NCBI GenBank assembly: GCA_051362555.1
Contig: CM120649.1
Location: 4,464,001-4,528,000 of the forward strand
Reading direction: 5' to 3'
DNA length: 64,000 bases
Source: Lingula anatina
Taxonomy: Eukaryota > Animalia > Brachiopoda
This document shows, one piece after another, positions 38,076 through 52,308 of this stretch. Every line of letters starts with the position of its first letter. The stretch's first letter is position 1. The position numbers and the translations under genes are program-made. A model generated the notes under the pieces. It made no database searches. It saw only the letters and a program-made list of their open reading frames with translations, and was not told where the DNA came from.

Positions 38076-38708
38076 GTTATTTAAAACGTACAAATGAACT
38101 CTTTAGAGTTGAAATAATCCATTTTCCAAAAATCAGACGGTATGAATTTTAAGTAAATCTAGACAAATGACCGTAAAAGTTAATTCAACCAATATCGTTA
38201 CATTTCTTGTCTAAACGGTCAAAAAAAATGTTTACACAAGGCAAAACCAAGGTTATCTTCATTTTATTATTTCAAGCAAAATTGGATAAACATGACCCCT
38301 CTTTTTCTTTAATAAAGCATCTTTATTTCCTTCACTGTATTTAAATTGGCGTACAAATCACTCAATTTACGGTTTATTTGGTCCATAACTATCATACCCC
38401 TCCCCCTTAAAAGATAACCTGCAGTTGGATATCCAAGTTACCAGTATACGAAATTCAATGTTACCCAGTACATAAATGTGTCTTGTTACATATATTTTAC
38501 ATTGCATTTAATCTCGCAATATATCGCCCTGTCCATTTAATTCCACATACGTGAATGCTTCCCAGAGTATTCCTTAGACTATCTAAAGCACGGTCATCTA
38601 GATCTGCGTGTCCTTAACAGGAGAATGTTACGTTTTAACTACAATTAATAGGTTTAAACAATGAAAACTTCCTTCGGGTCAGTTTTAAAACATTTCTGAC
38701 ACCAAAAA

Positions 38709-41700
38709 TTACTTTCTTTTCTTCACGACGATCTTCTGAGGTTTAGGTACACAGGCAAATTCTGCCATTGCAGGCTCGAAGTCTGGTTTTTGTCCGTGTG
38801 GAAAGCTCACCTCAAACCGACTGAAAAACAATGCCTGTAAACAAAATGTACTTAAGAATTGGAAAATAAAATAATAAATTAATATACAAATATTAATACT
38901 ATGCATGACTTAGAATGCAGTTAGTGTCTTCAAAATAAAATATAGGTATATATTCAAACATTCAGGAAATTAAATTGGTAAATTAAATTTTTTGATATAA
39001 AAAAGTATTTCAAAATGTCACCGCTATGATTATAAAACCTTATGAAAAATAATCTTGATTTCAATGTTATATATTCGTTTCTAAAAAGGCCACCATAAGC
39101 ATAAACCTTCATTCTTATAGCAAACAGCAAACAGCAAAATGGTAAAAATGATACTGATAGTATCGAAACTACCAGTACAATGTAAGTCTGAAATTTTGAA
39201 TATTGAGCGCACACAGTAATCATATCAAAACATCAGCATATACACTTGTTTTCTTTTCCACCCACCGAAATCATCATAATGTTTGCCCTGGCAACTGATT
39301 CTCCCACACACTTCCTTTTGCCACTGCTGAACGGAATCCATATTTTGTTGTCAACCTCTTTCAAGCTGCCGTCATTGTTAATAAACCTCTCTGGCTTGAA
39401 AATCTCCGGTGACATCCAGTTTTTCGGGTCATGGTGGATTGCCATAATGTTTGCATAAATCACAGTGTCTTTGGGGATATCGTACGCACCTACATGTATA
39501 GATGGGAATAAACATTTATAGACAATGTCAAAAATCGGATGCCAGAAATTAAGCTAATGGTAAAAAGTTATATTCATATAACATTAAACACATGCTAATA
39601 GTGCACGTATATGGAATACAAAATGTGCCGCTATCGAGCAACATTCAGTTTAAGTATGTAAGGGACCATTCCCACAGATATTTGGGCCTATCTATCTCTC
39701 TGGGGAGTCCCACTAAATTGCTATCATCTTAACCGGCTTAAATGTCTGTCACTCCTAGTAAAGCTGTTCGGGGGTAATTATCTTTACCCCCTAGCTAATT
39801 CGGTAGTCGTGACAGACATTTAAGCCGGTTAAATCTCAACAATTAAGGGAATTAGACCGATCCAGATGGATCGACCTAGACATGGGAACCCAGTCTAAGT
39901 AACAGGAATAGCAATTCAACTGCAATCGAAGCTGCTTTGGTGATTTTGTTCGGTTCGATCATAACGTACAATGTTTAAGCAACATATGTATTTACAATTT
40001 TTGCATGTAATTTGAGATCATAGAGGGATTATGTCTGACCAAGTTTGGTGTCACAGAGTGCTTGATGACCTACAGCTACTGGAGCAACAGGGCGCATACG
40101 CAAAACCTCTCGCTGAACAGCCTCACTGTAAGGCAACTTATGTCTGCAGTGACGAAGTCCACTGATGTCGTCCCCTGAAAAGAGATACATGAAAGCATTT
40201 TATACGATTGTTATTATTTTTACATGATGCAATAATTGAATCAAAGATGTTCACAGCAATATTTAAGAGTCCAGAAAATTTAAATATTTCCAAAAATAAA
40301 TAAATAAATATTTTGGAAAATAGATTTCTGAAATTAGGCCTAATTGCCAAACATTTGCATTCATATATTTTTATACATATATAAAAGAGTAAATTTGAAC
40401 TGTTTATACCTAAGGCGTCTAACTCCTTGTGTAGTTTTGACTGAACCTCCGGATTATCGGCTACATACATAATCATCCACTTCAACGTGTCAACCGTGGT
40501 CTGCGTTCCAGCTAGAAACCACTACCACTATATATATATATTGAGCGGTACATGCTTTATGTTTAAAAATACTATTTATGAAAAGAGCACCAATCGCACT
40601 GTCATGCAGTGACAAATAAATTATAAGAATACTACATCGCACATGTATCAAGTGAGTAATTAATTGGAATGATCAAGTCACTATACCAAAGAATATATCC
40701 AGAAAGGTGTGACGTATGCGAGTGTCAGTAAGAGACTCTTTTGCGTTGTCATCACCCTCGGTTCCCAATTCTTCTTTCAGTATCAGAATTTGATCCGTAA
40801 TATCTCTAAGGTTCACTTTGAAATAAAATGTTGTCATAATCTAAGCAAAGAACACTACTAACTAAATCATTGATATGCTGCTTGTATATTCACAAATGAA
40901 AGGCATAAATCAAAATAACTTTTATTTATCAATTCCGTGAAAGGCTCAGTGCAACAGCGTCGTTAGTGATCCTACAGTTGTATATGGTGTGAAATGTAAA
41001 TAAACTACGGTACAGGTACAAACCCGAGTTCAATGTTGTCTTGTGCTCTGCCAGTTTGACATTTTGGAAGTCGGTCAGTTTCTTTATGAGTCGTTTCACA
41101 GAGAGGGATGAGGGGATAGGGAAATGCTTCAAGACGGGAATGACGTCAGAGGGAATGACACTTCCAAATACCGTTTCCATGGTTTTGTCCACGGTGCTCT
41201 TCAGCCAAACGAACTCCGGTTCGTCAATTTTGTAACTAAAAGGATTAGATCAAACTGTATGCATTATATGTATGCATAATATGTATATTGATCGCTATAG
41301 TCTTCGGGCAAATATGCCCTCATTGGTTTCTATGCCCTATTCAGACCATGTTTAATCAAGGTGTAGTGATGGAAAGGTTTGAAAGTGATTTCCTTTTTTA
41401 AATATAAATCAACCTTTGTTGCTGTACTAACCCATTAATTTATTCTATTTTTATTTATTTGATTATTTAAAAAAATGTTGAAATAAATATTTGTATCTTT
41501 GGGAATAATAATTTAAAAAATTTAATAGATTTATAATTATATTTGCCACATGATCCTCAACAACTACTGATGGTCATATTCAGAATGGTAAAAAAAAGAA
41601 AAAGATGTAGAAAATAATGAAAGTACCATAAAACGACTTATTTTTGCCAAGTGTTTACAGTAATTAGGGTTTGTAATTTTCTCTGTTATATCTGAATGAA

Positions 41701-43446
41701 AATTCTCTAATAATCATTCATCAGGTGTGTTTCTTGTATGTTATCAAAACGAAATAAAACTTTATCTTAATTTACCCATTCATCTACAACAAATATTTTA
41801 ATTATTCTTTGGATCAATAACTGATTTATTAATATGATTCAAAGGCCGATAATCAATTATTGTTTACATGATAATATTGAATGAATATAATGAATAAAAA
41901 AGGGATCTGCATGTAAGCCGAAGTCATGATTTTTGCTATAGCAAAAGTCATTTCGTATCCCTTCGATTGGGGAGTGAAGTTCCGTTAATTTTTATATTTT
42001 CATTGTAAAATCAAGAAATCACCGGACTCTCCTGTAGAACAGTATTCCCCAATTTTATGGCACCTACCTTTTTCCGTAAGCCATTCTGCAGACGATGTTG
42101 AAGATAAGTAACTGAAAGTGAGGATCTATGTCAAAAGGCTCAGTCTCCTTTTCGATCAAGGTGGCAACTTCATCAAAAGCAGACCTAGCAAATGTTTCCA
42201 ATTTATCATTCGCTAAGTAGGCCCTGTATGATAAAATAATAATGCAATGCAATATCATCATGTTGTATTATTTCTGTATATATAAATGGGTTAAAATCTA
42301 TTAGGAACATTATTCAACAGTGATTTGTGAAGCCAATAATTAGATCAAATTACCTGAATGCCTTTAAAGCCATCTGTCTCTGAAGTCTCCACACTGGACC
42401 ATAGTCACTGAAAATTATATCTCTGTTTCCTCCACTGAACACTTTGACTGTCAAAAAGTATGATAACAACCATTTGATTAAATTTACAAAAATGTATTAG
42501 AAACACCCCCCTGCTCACAATATTGCAAGTTCCCCCCACTTGTAATTTTGCATGGATATTAAGCCGCATTTGAATACCTCTAAATGACCAGGATTGTATT
42601 GTCTCATCCCCTATCAACATGATATCTCAACTTGTGCTTATTTAACTGATACCTACATTTCCAAGTTAAATTTTCCCTCCCTGCAAATATCTCCTTCTTC
42701 TCAACAAAAGCCTCGTGTACAATATCCGCAGATTTCAGGACAACGACGTTGTGCCAAAAACCTGTAAACGTCAACCGTATGTATATACTTCATACTGTTT
42801 ATCGTGCTGATGCGCAATAGAGCAAGTTTTTATGAACGAACTAACGAGGCATACATGTACCATCCCTATATTTTTATTAAAGTTTTGTGTAAAAAGAAAC
42901 ACCTTCCGGAAAAGCTCATCTGAGCCGATTAAAAAATAAACATTGAGCTTTGCCTAACTGCTTTTAAGCATTAAATTTATTTTATTAAGTTAAAATCCTT
43001 GATGATACTACTGCGGAAAAGAGAATAACAAGCTTTTACCTAAATCAACAGTGAACAAGTCACTAAATGACTTCCCGAGTTTTGTAAATACGGAGTACAG
43101 TCGGCCATCTTTCCTAAATTCTGCAATAATTAATTAATAATTAAATATTATATAAAATGATATATAACCAAAGTTATAAGTTACAACCAAATTGATTTCC
43201 TGTTTGCTAAAAACAGTTGAAAATGTACCAAATTCAATTTTTTGAAAATCATTTACATAGAGTTGCTGTCAAAACGTTTTCAAAGAAGCTCTGACCAAAG
43301 TAACTCCCAAGTATTGGCAGCTGTGGCGGTCCTGGCGGCAGTTTGAACTTCTTCCTCTGTAGATATGTCATTACCAACAGGAATACCGCCATCCCGACCA
43401 AGATGGTCCTCACGGTTAGTAAACTCAGCAAACTCAAGACGAACAT
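38709..43446 (-). CDS. Cytochrome P450, clan 2 (CYP17/CYP1/CYP2-like), copy B; 11 coding exons, 504 aa, intact
   Basis: Exons 43296-43446, 43040-43120, 42657-42761, 42354-42447, 42068-42223, 41024-41235, 40687-40815, 40410-40511, 40040-40174, 39266-39489 and 38709-38834 have the same lengths as in copy A. Motifs PPGP, WRLQR, AGTQTT, EVLR, PERF, FSSGKRKCVG. Confidence 0.96.
39662..39895. mobile_element. PIF/Harbinger-like MITE with TAA TSD in CYP-B intron 9
   Basis: TIR ..ttccca/tgggaa..; TAA duplicated at 39659-39661 and 39896-39898; the paralogous CYP-A intron has the empty site (atgtaagtaacagg). Confidence 0.85.
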
Positions 43447-43921
43447 CGTTCCTGAAATATTTATTTTGATTCATCGGATGATTTTAAAGATTATATTTAT
43501 AATGATAAATAATATAATGTTCATAATGAAAAAAAAAAAAAAAAAAAAAAAACAGAAATCAACTCCATATTCTACGTTTTTTTAATACCATATGTTAGTC
43601 TCACCTAATGTTAATATCTTAGTCTCTGTTCAAGTTTACTTGTTCACACATTTGTCATTGTTGGAAATATATCTTCTTCAACATTTATATACATCATTGA
43701 AAAGTTTGAGATATTTTATTCATTTATACAAACCCTACTTTACCCTCCTTGCTCACCGTTCCTTCCAGGATACGTCTCTCTTTTACAGCTTTCAAACACC
43801 TGTTTGCAGCGGCCCCCTAACTGCACTCCAGTATCATTCGACCCAGGTGTGGGGTCCTTGGCCTCCAGTCATTTAGATAACCTACACGTCAATACACACA
43901 AAGTTCGTCTGTGACATTTAA

Positions 43922-44147
43922 CACCCCATTTCCATAGATTTTTAGATCGATCTATCCCTGTGGGGAGTCTCACTAGATTACTGTCAGCTTGACCGGCTTA
44001 AGCGTCTGTCCCGCCTACTAAAAGCTGTAAGGGGGTAATTAACTTTGGTGCCCGCTCGGCTGACTGCAATTTAGCGTGAACCCCCAAGGAGTTAGGTCGA
44101 TCTAAAACTTAATCTTTAGATCGATCTAAATCTCTGGGAAAGCACCC
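43922..44147. mobile_element. PIF/Harbinger-like MITE (related to 39662 and 62391) in the CYP-B/SDR-2 intergenic region
   Basis: ccatagatttttagatcgatct...agatcgatctaaatctctgggaa; taa/taa flanks; absent from the equivalent position in block A. Confidence 0.8.
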
Positions 44148-45406
44148 TAAGTGTCATTAAATGGGGTGATTACACTGTACTTATCCAAGGCATTACTTTT
44201 GAGCATGCGTGCACTAGTCGAATCAAAATATGGACCACTGCAGCAACGTTCGACGGGGGGATTTTTCAGATTGTCAAGTCAGGATCTTTAGCTTCAAGAT
44301 AGTCAGAAAAGCTACATGTTTATCAATACAAAGTTTGTGTGCGGCATTTTCGTGTCATTATATAGGCTGCTTACTCATCCAAGATATTGCCTTCGAGTAT
44401 GCAAGCACTTGTTGGTTGGAAAAGTGGCCACGTATTATGGCATTTTCAGATTGTCTGTGTTTTTTATATGCTTACAACTCCGAAGCTATATTTATCTATG
44501 CGTTTTTTTATAGTTAAATAATATTTAATTATCACTATTATCATTTATTGATATTATCTCGCAGCGTATAAAACACAGGGAAAACAAAAATGACCATACA
44601 GAAGCGTCCTATGAAAAACAGCAACAACAACCAAAACTAACTAACTAAATAGATAAATAAATAAATGAATAAGTAAATAAATACATAAAAAATAATAAAA
44701 TAAAACAAAAAATAACATTTACACGCTTGTCATATAAAACTCTGATGGCCTGAAATTGACGGAACGCGTTAAGGGAGATCGTTGAGTTAGGATATTTTTA
44801 TACTCTTAGATAAGACGAATATAAAATGCTGTACATTGGGATTTGCTAATTTCAGCACATGACGTTACACCAGTATTTTTTTTTTTGTGTTGAGATGTGT
44901 GCTTTGGATTTCAAAAATATCTTCCTCATCTAAACAGACTCCTATTTAATTACAATAATTACAAGAACTAAAATCCAGTGTCAGAAAAAAAATCTTGAAA
45001 GATTTGCTATAAAAGCGTTCTTCTTCATTCCGATAATATCAAAATGAATCATTTACATTGAAGTAATTGGAATAAATCATTTTGTCAAATGATTATGTAA
45101 AAATGGTTCCTTTTAAAGTTCTAATATCCTCCAAATTATTTGATTCTGAAGAGCTTACATGTTTTACTTTGAATAACAATTACCAAAGCAAACCAATACC
45201 CATGCTGCAAATGCCATATCCTTGTTCTATTTCAACGCAAACTGAAACACACGTACTCCATCCGTTTGCCAAATTTGGTATCTCGGGTCGATGGTGCCCA
45301 GGAGCCAGAAAAGCCCGAAACCTGCCTCGCAAAATGGCAGCTTGGAATTGCCGTGACGCAGATTGTCTAAATCGCTCCCTGGGTAAAACAATTATCAAGT
45401 TTTGGT

Positions 45407-45722
45407 CATAAATGAAAATTATTAAACACAAGCCGAAATAATTTCATACCATTGGTTGGTATGTGTAATAGACACTGGCAACAGTATCGTCTGGAATTCA
45501 ACCAAGATTCTTGAATACGAGTCATCCGACATCCCGCGCAAGATACGAGAGGCTATCAACATCAACCGTCACCAGCCAGCCATGAATAGGGACCGGGGAT
45601 GGGGGGGGGGGGGGTGATCTGACATTTCTAGGAGGGTCCTGGGCGCTATACTACATGTACAGGGTACGTACCGGTCAGTGAGAGTCAGCATTTCCTCACA
45701 TCAGTCTGATGAAGGCCTTTTT
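45407..45722 (+). mobile_element. Second Penelope-like 3' fragment
   Basis: Encodes VIDTGNSIVWNSTKILEYESSDIPRKIREAININRHQPAMNRDRG, has the same 5' inverted segment as 31191, and has ctgatga at 45706 before interruption by a Harbinger-like MITE. Confidence 0.8.
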
Positions 45723-46506
45723 CCAGGGCCCCGTAAGTCGAAAGCATTAATTGCGCAATTGCTAATAGAGATATCACATAGAGGCTACAGCGGGGCGAGT
45801 ATGGACGAGTTTTTTCTAATCGACAAGCTTGCCCTCGGTCGCACTGCGCGATGCTTTCGACACGTCTCGATCGCCAAATGAAGGATGTGACGGCTGATGA
45901 TCAATAGTAAAATTCGATATGCAAAATTTTATTAAAACGGTATTCTGGCTAAATATAAGTAAGATACTGTATTAAGGTCTTCTTAAAATGTTGTCACAGC
46001 AAGCACATCGACATCAGGAACACGTACCATATTTGAAATATCTGTTCTATTTTTAGATATCACTGTTCTGTAGAAGCCGTTACGTTTTTTAACCAAAGTG
46101 AAATGCTACAGGTGTTGACCCAAATACATGTATCATAGGAGGAATGGTTAGATACGCTGCAGCAAAGACTCCAGTTCACCGGAAGTGGCTTTCTACGCAG
46201 TTTGAAGGTATTTTGGTGGCCCATGGTCATCACGATATGATATTCTATTTCAGTAATTCCACTCCCTATTTGTTGTCGATACTAAGAACGAAATGTAGAG
46301 GTATTTTGGTGGTAATTGGTCATCAGATGTGATATTCTATTTCAGTTATTACGCAACCTGTTTATTGACGATACTAAAAATGAAATGTAGAACCAATAAG
46401 TTATCTTATGTGTGAATATGTGTATTAGATGTGGGTGTGTGTCAGGTCAAGCTCTCTCTCTATTTGGTATAAAGTTATTGCAGTATGATGTACGTATGTT
46501 TTAGAT

Positions 46507-47109
46507 ATGGATCGCTGGACAGGACGCGTTGCCTTGGTAACTGGAGCATCGAAAGGTATAGGAGCAGCCATTGCACGTGCTCTGGTTAAGAATGGTATGA
46601 TGGTGGTTGGATGTGCCAGACACATCGAAAATATGCAAGTATGGCTGAATTTGATATTTCCTTGGCATGTCCCGCACGAAAAATGCAGTAGTATCGAAGT
46701 AGCAAAAAGCATTAACGCAGTAGTGTTGTGGAGCATATTTGCAGTAGAAATGCAGCATAGCCTACTGCAATTCTTCTCCAAAAAGTGCATAGGTTTGTAC
46801 AGCGAGGGGCTTAATGCAGTAGATTAGCAGCACGACAGAAGCATGTTTCAAATATGCTAATTAGCTCCCAAATCGAAGCAGATTTGAAGCATGTTTGCAG
46901 TACGATTGCAGTAGGCTAGTGCGGTTTGCAGTATGATTGCAGTAGTCTACTGCACTGGAGTATCTACTGCGTTTTCCTGCGGGGTACTGTTATATATATA
47001 TACATATATATGATAAGTATTATTTATTATTATTATTATTACAATAGTAATGATAATAATAATAACATCAGTAAAAGTTGAATGTAATGTTATAAAGTGT
47101 CACTCTGCA

Positions 47110-47188
<79 letters not shown>

Positions 47189-48434
47189 TAGGACAATGAA
47201 ATACGTTTTCAAGAAGATTAAATAAGTGTTCCATGTCCATAGAATTAATCAGTGGGCAATATACAGCTTGCTGCATACCATTACCACTGTGCTATCCTTT
47301 GTTGAAGGGTTCTTGGAATATCTTTATTCCAGAAAACAGCCGCAGATCTACAAGATGAAAAGGGGCGTTTGATTCCAATGAAGTGCGACCTCACTAAAAC
47401 GGCAGAGATCGAGTCCATGTTTCAAAAAATAAAAGAACAGTTGGGTGGTGTCGACGTTTGTGTTAACAACGCTGGTCTCAGCCTCTTTCAGGATTGCAAG
47501 ACAGGCTCTTTATCTGATACCAAGGCAATGTATGATGTAAGACAACTCCGCTGATATATACATGTATTTTTCAGAATATTGGTGGTCGTATTTTGCGCAT
47601 CTAAACAAAACTTTATATCTGTTTGTTGAGTTGCAATTGTCTACCTGAGATTGTGCTTAGTTTGTGTTTAGCGTAAAGTTCAGGTGCATGGCATAGCTTA
47701 TGCATATATGCTCTTTGAGAAAATGTTTGCCAAATATATAATTGAGCGCCGAGCCATGCTCTGTATGAACAAAGCTTTTCTTAGCTGTTTAATCGGTAAA
47801 TGGTCAGCGACTCTAAAAAAAATGATCACGACTTGTCGTTTCATTTACTGATATACTTCAAACCGGGGACAAACTATCAAATAAAGCTACAGCGTTTTTT
47901 TTTTCAGTTGAATGTATTTGCTGCCATTACCGTATCCCAGCTTACCATTCAGTCCATACAAGAAAGGAACATGAATGACGGTCACATTATTAACATTGGC
48001 AGGTAATACATGTACAGCCAGGTTTAAACAGAATATGTACTAGTTATGACTGCTCGTCGTCCTCTGAATGCGGTATACAAGAATGAATTATATCCAATTG
48101 TTTGAAGCGCCGGTTGTGGTATAAATATTTATTATCATGATTTACTGGAAGATAAATGATCAAGTCAACAATAAGTTAATATAAACTTTAAAATATCACA
48201 TCCCAAACACGATGAAACCATCAAAGCCCTTAGCTATAACACCCGAGCTTGACCAAGAACGAATTTGGGCTCTTTCTGACAAGTGTACTCTATTTAATTA
48301 CAGTGTATGTGAAAGCACGGTCCACGTGGACTTACCATGCCACGCGTATACCCCAACAAAGTTTGCCCTAAAGGCTTTCACAGAGGGCCTGAGACACGAG
48401 CTGAGAAAAGAGAAAACGAAAATACGGACAACGG

Positions 48435-48469
<35 letters not shown>

Positions 48470-49642
48470 TTTAATATATTAAGAAATAACAGTCCACTCT
48501 TGTTTCACTAGTAGATACCTTTCGCAATTTAATTAAGACAAACATAAGTCAGATGAACCGAAAGAATAATGCAATTTTACGGTATTGGAAACGCTTATGA
48601 ATATCCCGCCTCTAGAAATGCACTAGTATACATATAGGTATATAGGTGGCCAGATATTTCATTTTAGAAGAGTTTATATAGCATTTTATTAATGTAACCC
48701 AACATTGTTATCTTGCTGCTGAAATATTAAGCTCTACTTTTAGGTTATTAGCCCTGCATTGGTGGACACTCCGACATCTAGAGAAGACATGGATGACAGC
48801 TTCTTCTGTCCGGAAACTGTAAGCTACAGTCAAATGTTGTAGGCTTATAATCTCTCGGTTTTGTGGCAAACTACTTCTATCATTCCTTCCGTTTGCTTTT
48901 TGCAAATAACAGAAATTATGAGTGGAATAAGGATTCTGGGATTCTGACAAATGTTTTGGTAACGTTTTGGCTTGATGGATTTAAAGTGAATAAGACATTG
49001 GAATTTAATAAAAGATTCAGAGGAGTTGCTTCATTTGTAATAATTTATCCACGTAAAAAAGGCTTATTTGTCACATTCATTAAATCACATAGCACTTTCA
49101 GCTTAATAAAAGACACTTTAAATGTTGTTAATGTGCCACTGTCTTAAAGTAAATGTTTTGGTTTATGTTTTCTTCATTCAGCTTATTTTTCCACATAAAA
49201 ATTTGTCAATGTAATGTCATTGCACACTAGTGCCTTCAACAAGACGATGTCGCTGCCGCCGTGACCTTTGCCCTCAGTGCCCCGCCATGTGTTAACGTAA
49301 GAATAATGTTCACTAACTTTTGCATTCAGTACTTTTTAGTTTATTCATTTTTTCTGGTTAAAAAAAAGAGTCAACCAAGATACCCATTTCTTTGAATGAA
49401 TAGTACACGAAATTTGATTTTCTTGAATCTTCTCATTTGCGTGTTAGGTATTCTGAACACAAGTCCCAGGGGACATAAAATTCTTTATTATTGAATGTTG
49501 AAATAACTATTTGCTCTCCTAAAGATGGAATCTGTTGTTGTTTGTTCCCATCTGTCAGAAGCATCAATGAAGCAATCATTGTAACAGCTCTCTTTTCCAG
49601 GTCCGCCATATTTGCCTACACGCCATACACGACCCGTATTAA
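46507..49642 (+). CDS. DHRS11: DHRS11-like short-chain dehydrogenase/reductase, copy 2; 7 exons, 247 aa, intact
   Basis: Exons 46507-46638, 47333-47536, 47908-48002, 48304-48433, 48744-48818, 49231-49296 and 49601-49642 (744 nt). Motifs TGASKGIG, CAR, NNAG, catalytic S, YTPTK. Confidence 0.93.
46671..46983. mobile_element. CMC/EnSpm-like non-autonomous DNA element with CCC...GGG termini and 2-bp TSD
   Basis: TIR cccgcacgaaaaatgcagtag / ctactgcgttttcctgcggg, flanked by gt/gt; absent from SDR-1 intron 1. Confidence 0.75.
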
Positions 49643-49843
49643 CCCAGCAAGGGCAACTGCTGCTGCAAGCTTGTCACGTCTTCGAAAAGTACCACTTTTT
49701 GGATGGGGAAAACGCCTTCTTCTTCATTTGTTTTTCTTGTGCATTCTACACCAAATTATATTTTATGTGTAGTGCGAGAGCTTTTAGCAGAGAAAAGACC
49801 TTGTACGAGGCGTAAAATAAAGGTATTTCGTTGGTTCCTATTT

Positions 49844-50354
49844 TTACCTCCGCCAAGGAGGTTATGTTTTCACCCCTATTTGTCATCAACATAACTAAAA
49901 AAGTAATGGACCGATTTTGATGCAATTTTCAGGAACTGTCAGAAAAGGACCAAGGAAGATATTATAGTTTTGGGTGGTGATCTGGATCAATAATCAATCA
50001 ATAATCAATAATGTGTTCGTTTTGTTTGTCTGTCTGTCATCAACATAACTCAAAAAGTTATGAACCGTCAGAAGTGGGCCGAGGAACAGATGACTAGTTT
50101 GTGGTGGTAATCCGGATCAATTATCAATAAATAATCAATAATCAAAAATCAAAATACTAAGTTATGGGCCGATTTTGATGAAATTCTCATGAAGTGCCAG
50201 ATGTGGGCCAAAGAACAGATGATTTGTGTTTGGTGGTGATCCGGGTCAATAATCAATCAAGTAACAAAAATCGAAAATTGAGGGGTGAAACGGCATTGGA
50301 TGGACACTTGGCTGCCTTGGCGGAGGTCTGCGCTCTCTGAGTGCTTTTCTAGTT
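49844..50354 (+). mobile_element. HINE/Helentron-associated element with internal tandem repeats
   Basis: acctccgccaaggaggttatgtttt 5' end, three internal ~130-bp units, and ccttggcggaggtctgcgctct...ctagtt 3' end. Confidence 0.82.
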
Positions 50355-52308
50355 TGCTATATAATTCACTTCTGTAATTACACTTTTTTTGTGATTTAAA
50401 TAACCTGCGTTGGATCGACTAAATAAGGCCATTAGAAGCAGTACAGAAGCAACCTGGAGTGCGATAGCACATGGAACTATTTTGGATTTTTGCAAGAAAT
50501 GACTATTGGTTTTCACACTAAGCAACAAAGCAAGAGACACTGTGGCCTTGTATAACTTCATAGAAGTTAAAACAATGCATTTGAAATTTAATGAAATGGG
50601 ATACATTAATAAATGACGGTTTAATTAAGTGTCAAACAGTACCTGGTTGCAGCTGCTATCTATTTAAGGTTTCACTACTTCAATTTAAAGCAACATGTAC
50701 CTTACAGTTAATATGGGTGTGATATCGTAGTAGTTTAAATGGAATAGTCACATATTATATGTGATATTCCTTATTTGAAATAAATGCACAAAACAAATAC
50801 GTTTGTAAATTCCCATGACCAGAAATGCGCAGCGTTCACGCGATACGCGAGGGCGTTACAGTAGGGCTTCACATGACTCAACTAGCCAATCACAGCACAA
50901 CGATGGCATCGCACACAGACTCTGTGACTGGTGCTCAGCCCATTGTCAAGTAGTGCTAGTTCATGGTAACAAGCGTCTGACATGTGCAGAGAAGTTTATT
51001 GCAATATATATTGTATTTATTGTTACATTATTAGATCTAACTCTGTATCCAAGAAGTAACTATACTGTACCAAGTCAGGTACTATTGATGTGAAGAGGTC
51101 ATATATTCCAGAATAAGCCATTACCACTAATGTATAACTTTAATTTTGTTTAATATGTTATTCATGAAAGAGTTCATGAAATATTGTTTTAATTTGTTAA
51201 ATCGTGATCTTATTCTTTTTATATTCCAATAATTGAATAATGTGTGTAAAATTGGTCTTCCACTTCTTATTTGCATTTTTCCTTTACTACAAGATTATTT
51301 TGGAACAGTTGCAGCATTAAAATTTAAAATAAATAGCAATCTGAAAGAAGAATTTTGCATTATTATTAAATGATGAGAAGAATTTTGGATTAAGAGATTA
51401 GTTAAATACTGAGTAGTGATATTGTCAGTCAATTTATGTAGAATCTGATAATATGACTGAAAATACTGATTGAATTCTTGGCCTTGCACTGGGCAGTTTC
51501 ACAATTGTGCTAAGTGTTTTTTTTTTTTTTTGGACTCCATTGTACAGTGGTAAGAGTTCTTCAATTGCCTTGAGAGTTTTTAATCAGACGCTGTATGGTG
51601 CTGCTATCTGCTGGTGCTATCGGCAATGAATTATTTTGCCTTTGTTTCTGACTGAATCTACCGTCTAAAATCACTATTTCTGAAAATATGTGCGTTTTGC
51701 AGAGGGAAGCTAGGCAGTACACGGCAAACTTCTTAGCACGTGTGTACAACATACTTTTTTAACAACCCTAGCGTTATTTGGTCAGGGGTTGCTTGAAGCA
51801 TAGCACAGCGTTGCTGTCTATCGGCATCAGGCCGTTAGTTTGTCAATTATCACGAATTACCCACGAATGGCGAACCCATTCGTTTTCCTATGGCAATCTA
51901 GCAACTCATTAAAAGTGCACGCATGCGCAGTGGGCCAAACGTGACTTCATGCAGTGCATTTCTTGGGGATGCGAGAATTCGTAAAGAAGAGATGCTTAAA
52001 ATGTGATATATATATATATATATATATATAAACAAAAATTACTTTTTCTTTGGATGACAACGATGAAACGATTAAAAAAAACATTAAAGAATTATTCCGA
52101 TGCACATGATCAGGTTCATGTCGTTCTCTCATGATTGTGGAAGTTTTATTGAAATGTAGCTACCATTATTTGACATTTCCCACAATGGCAACGATCCTAC
52201 AATTCGTCACTTTGCTTCAAGGAAATAATTCATCATAATTTGTGGCCCTGCCCCCAGAGTACATGTTTGGTGGTTTTTAACGCATAGAAGCTACGTACAA
52301 TAAAAAAA

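Larger units (their letters stand above)
38181..49790. repeat. Segmental duplication block B (CYP + SDR), paralogous to 11710-23095
   Basis: Same gene order, orientation and exon sizes as block A, with alignable introns. Confidence 0.9.
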
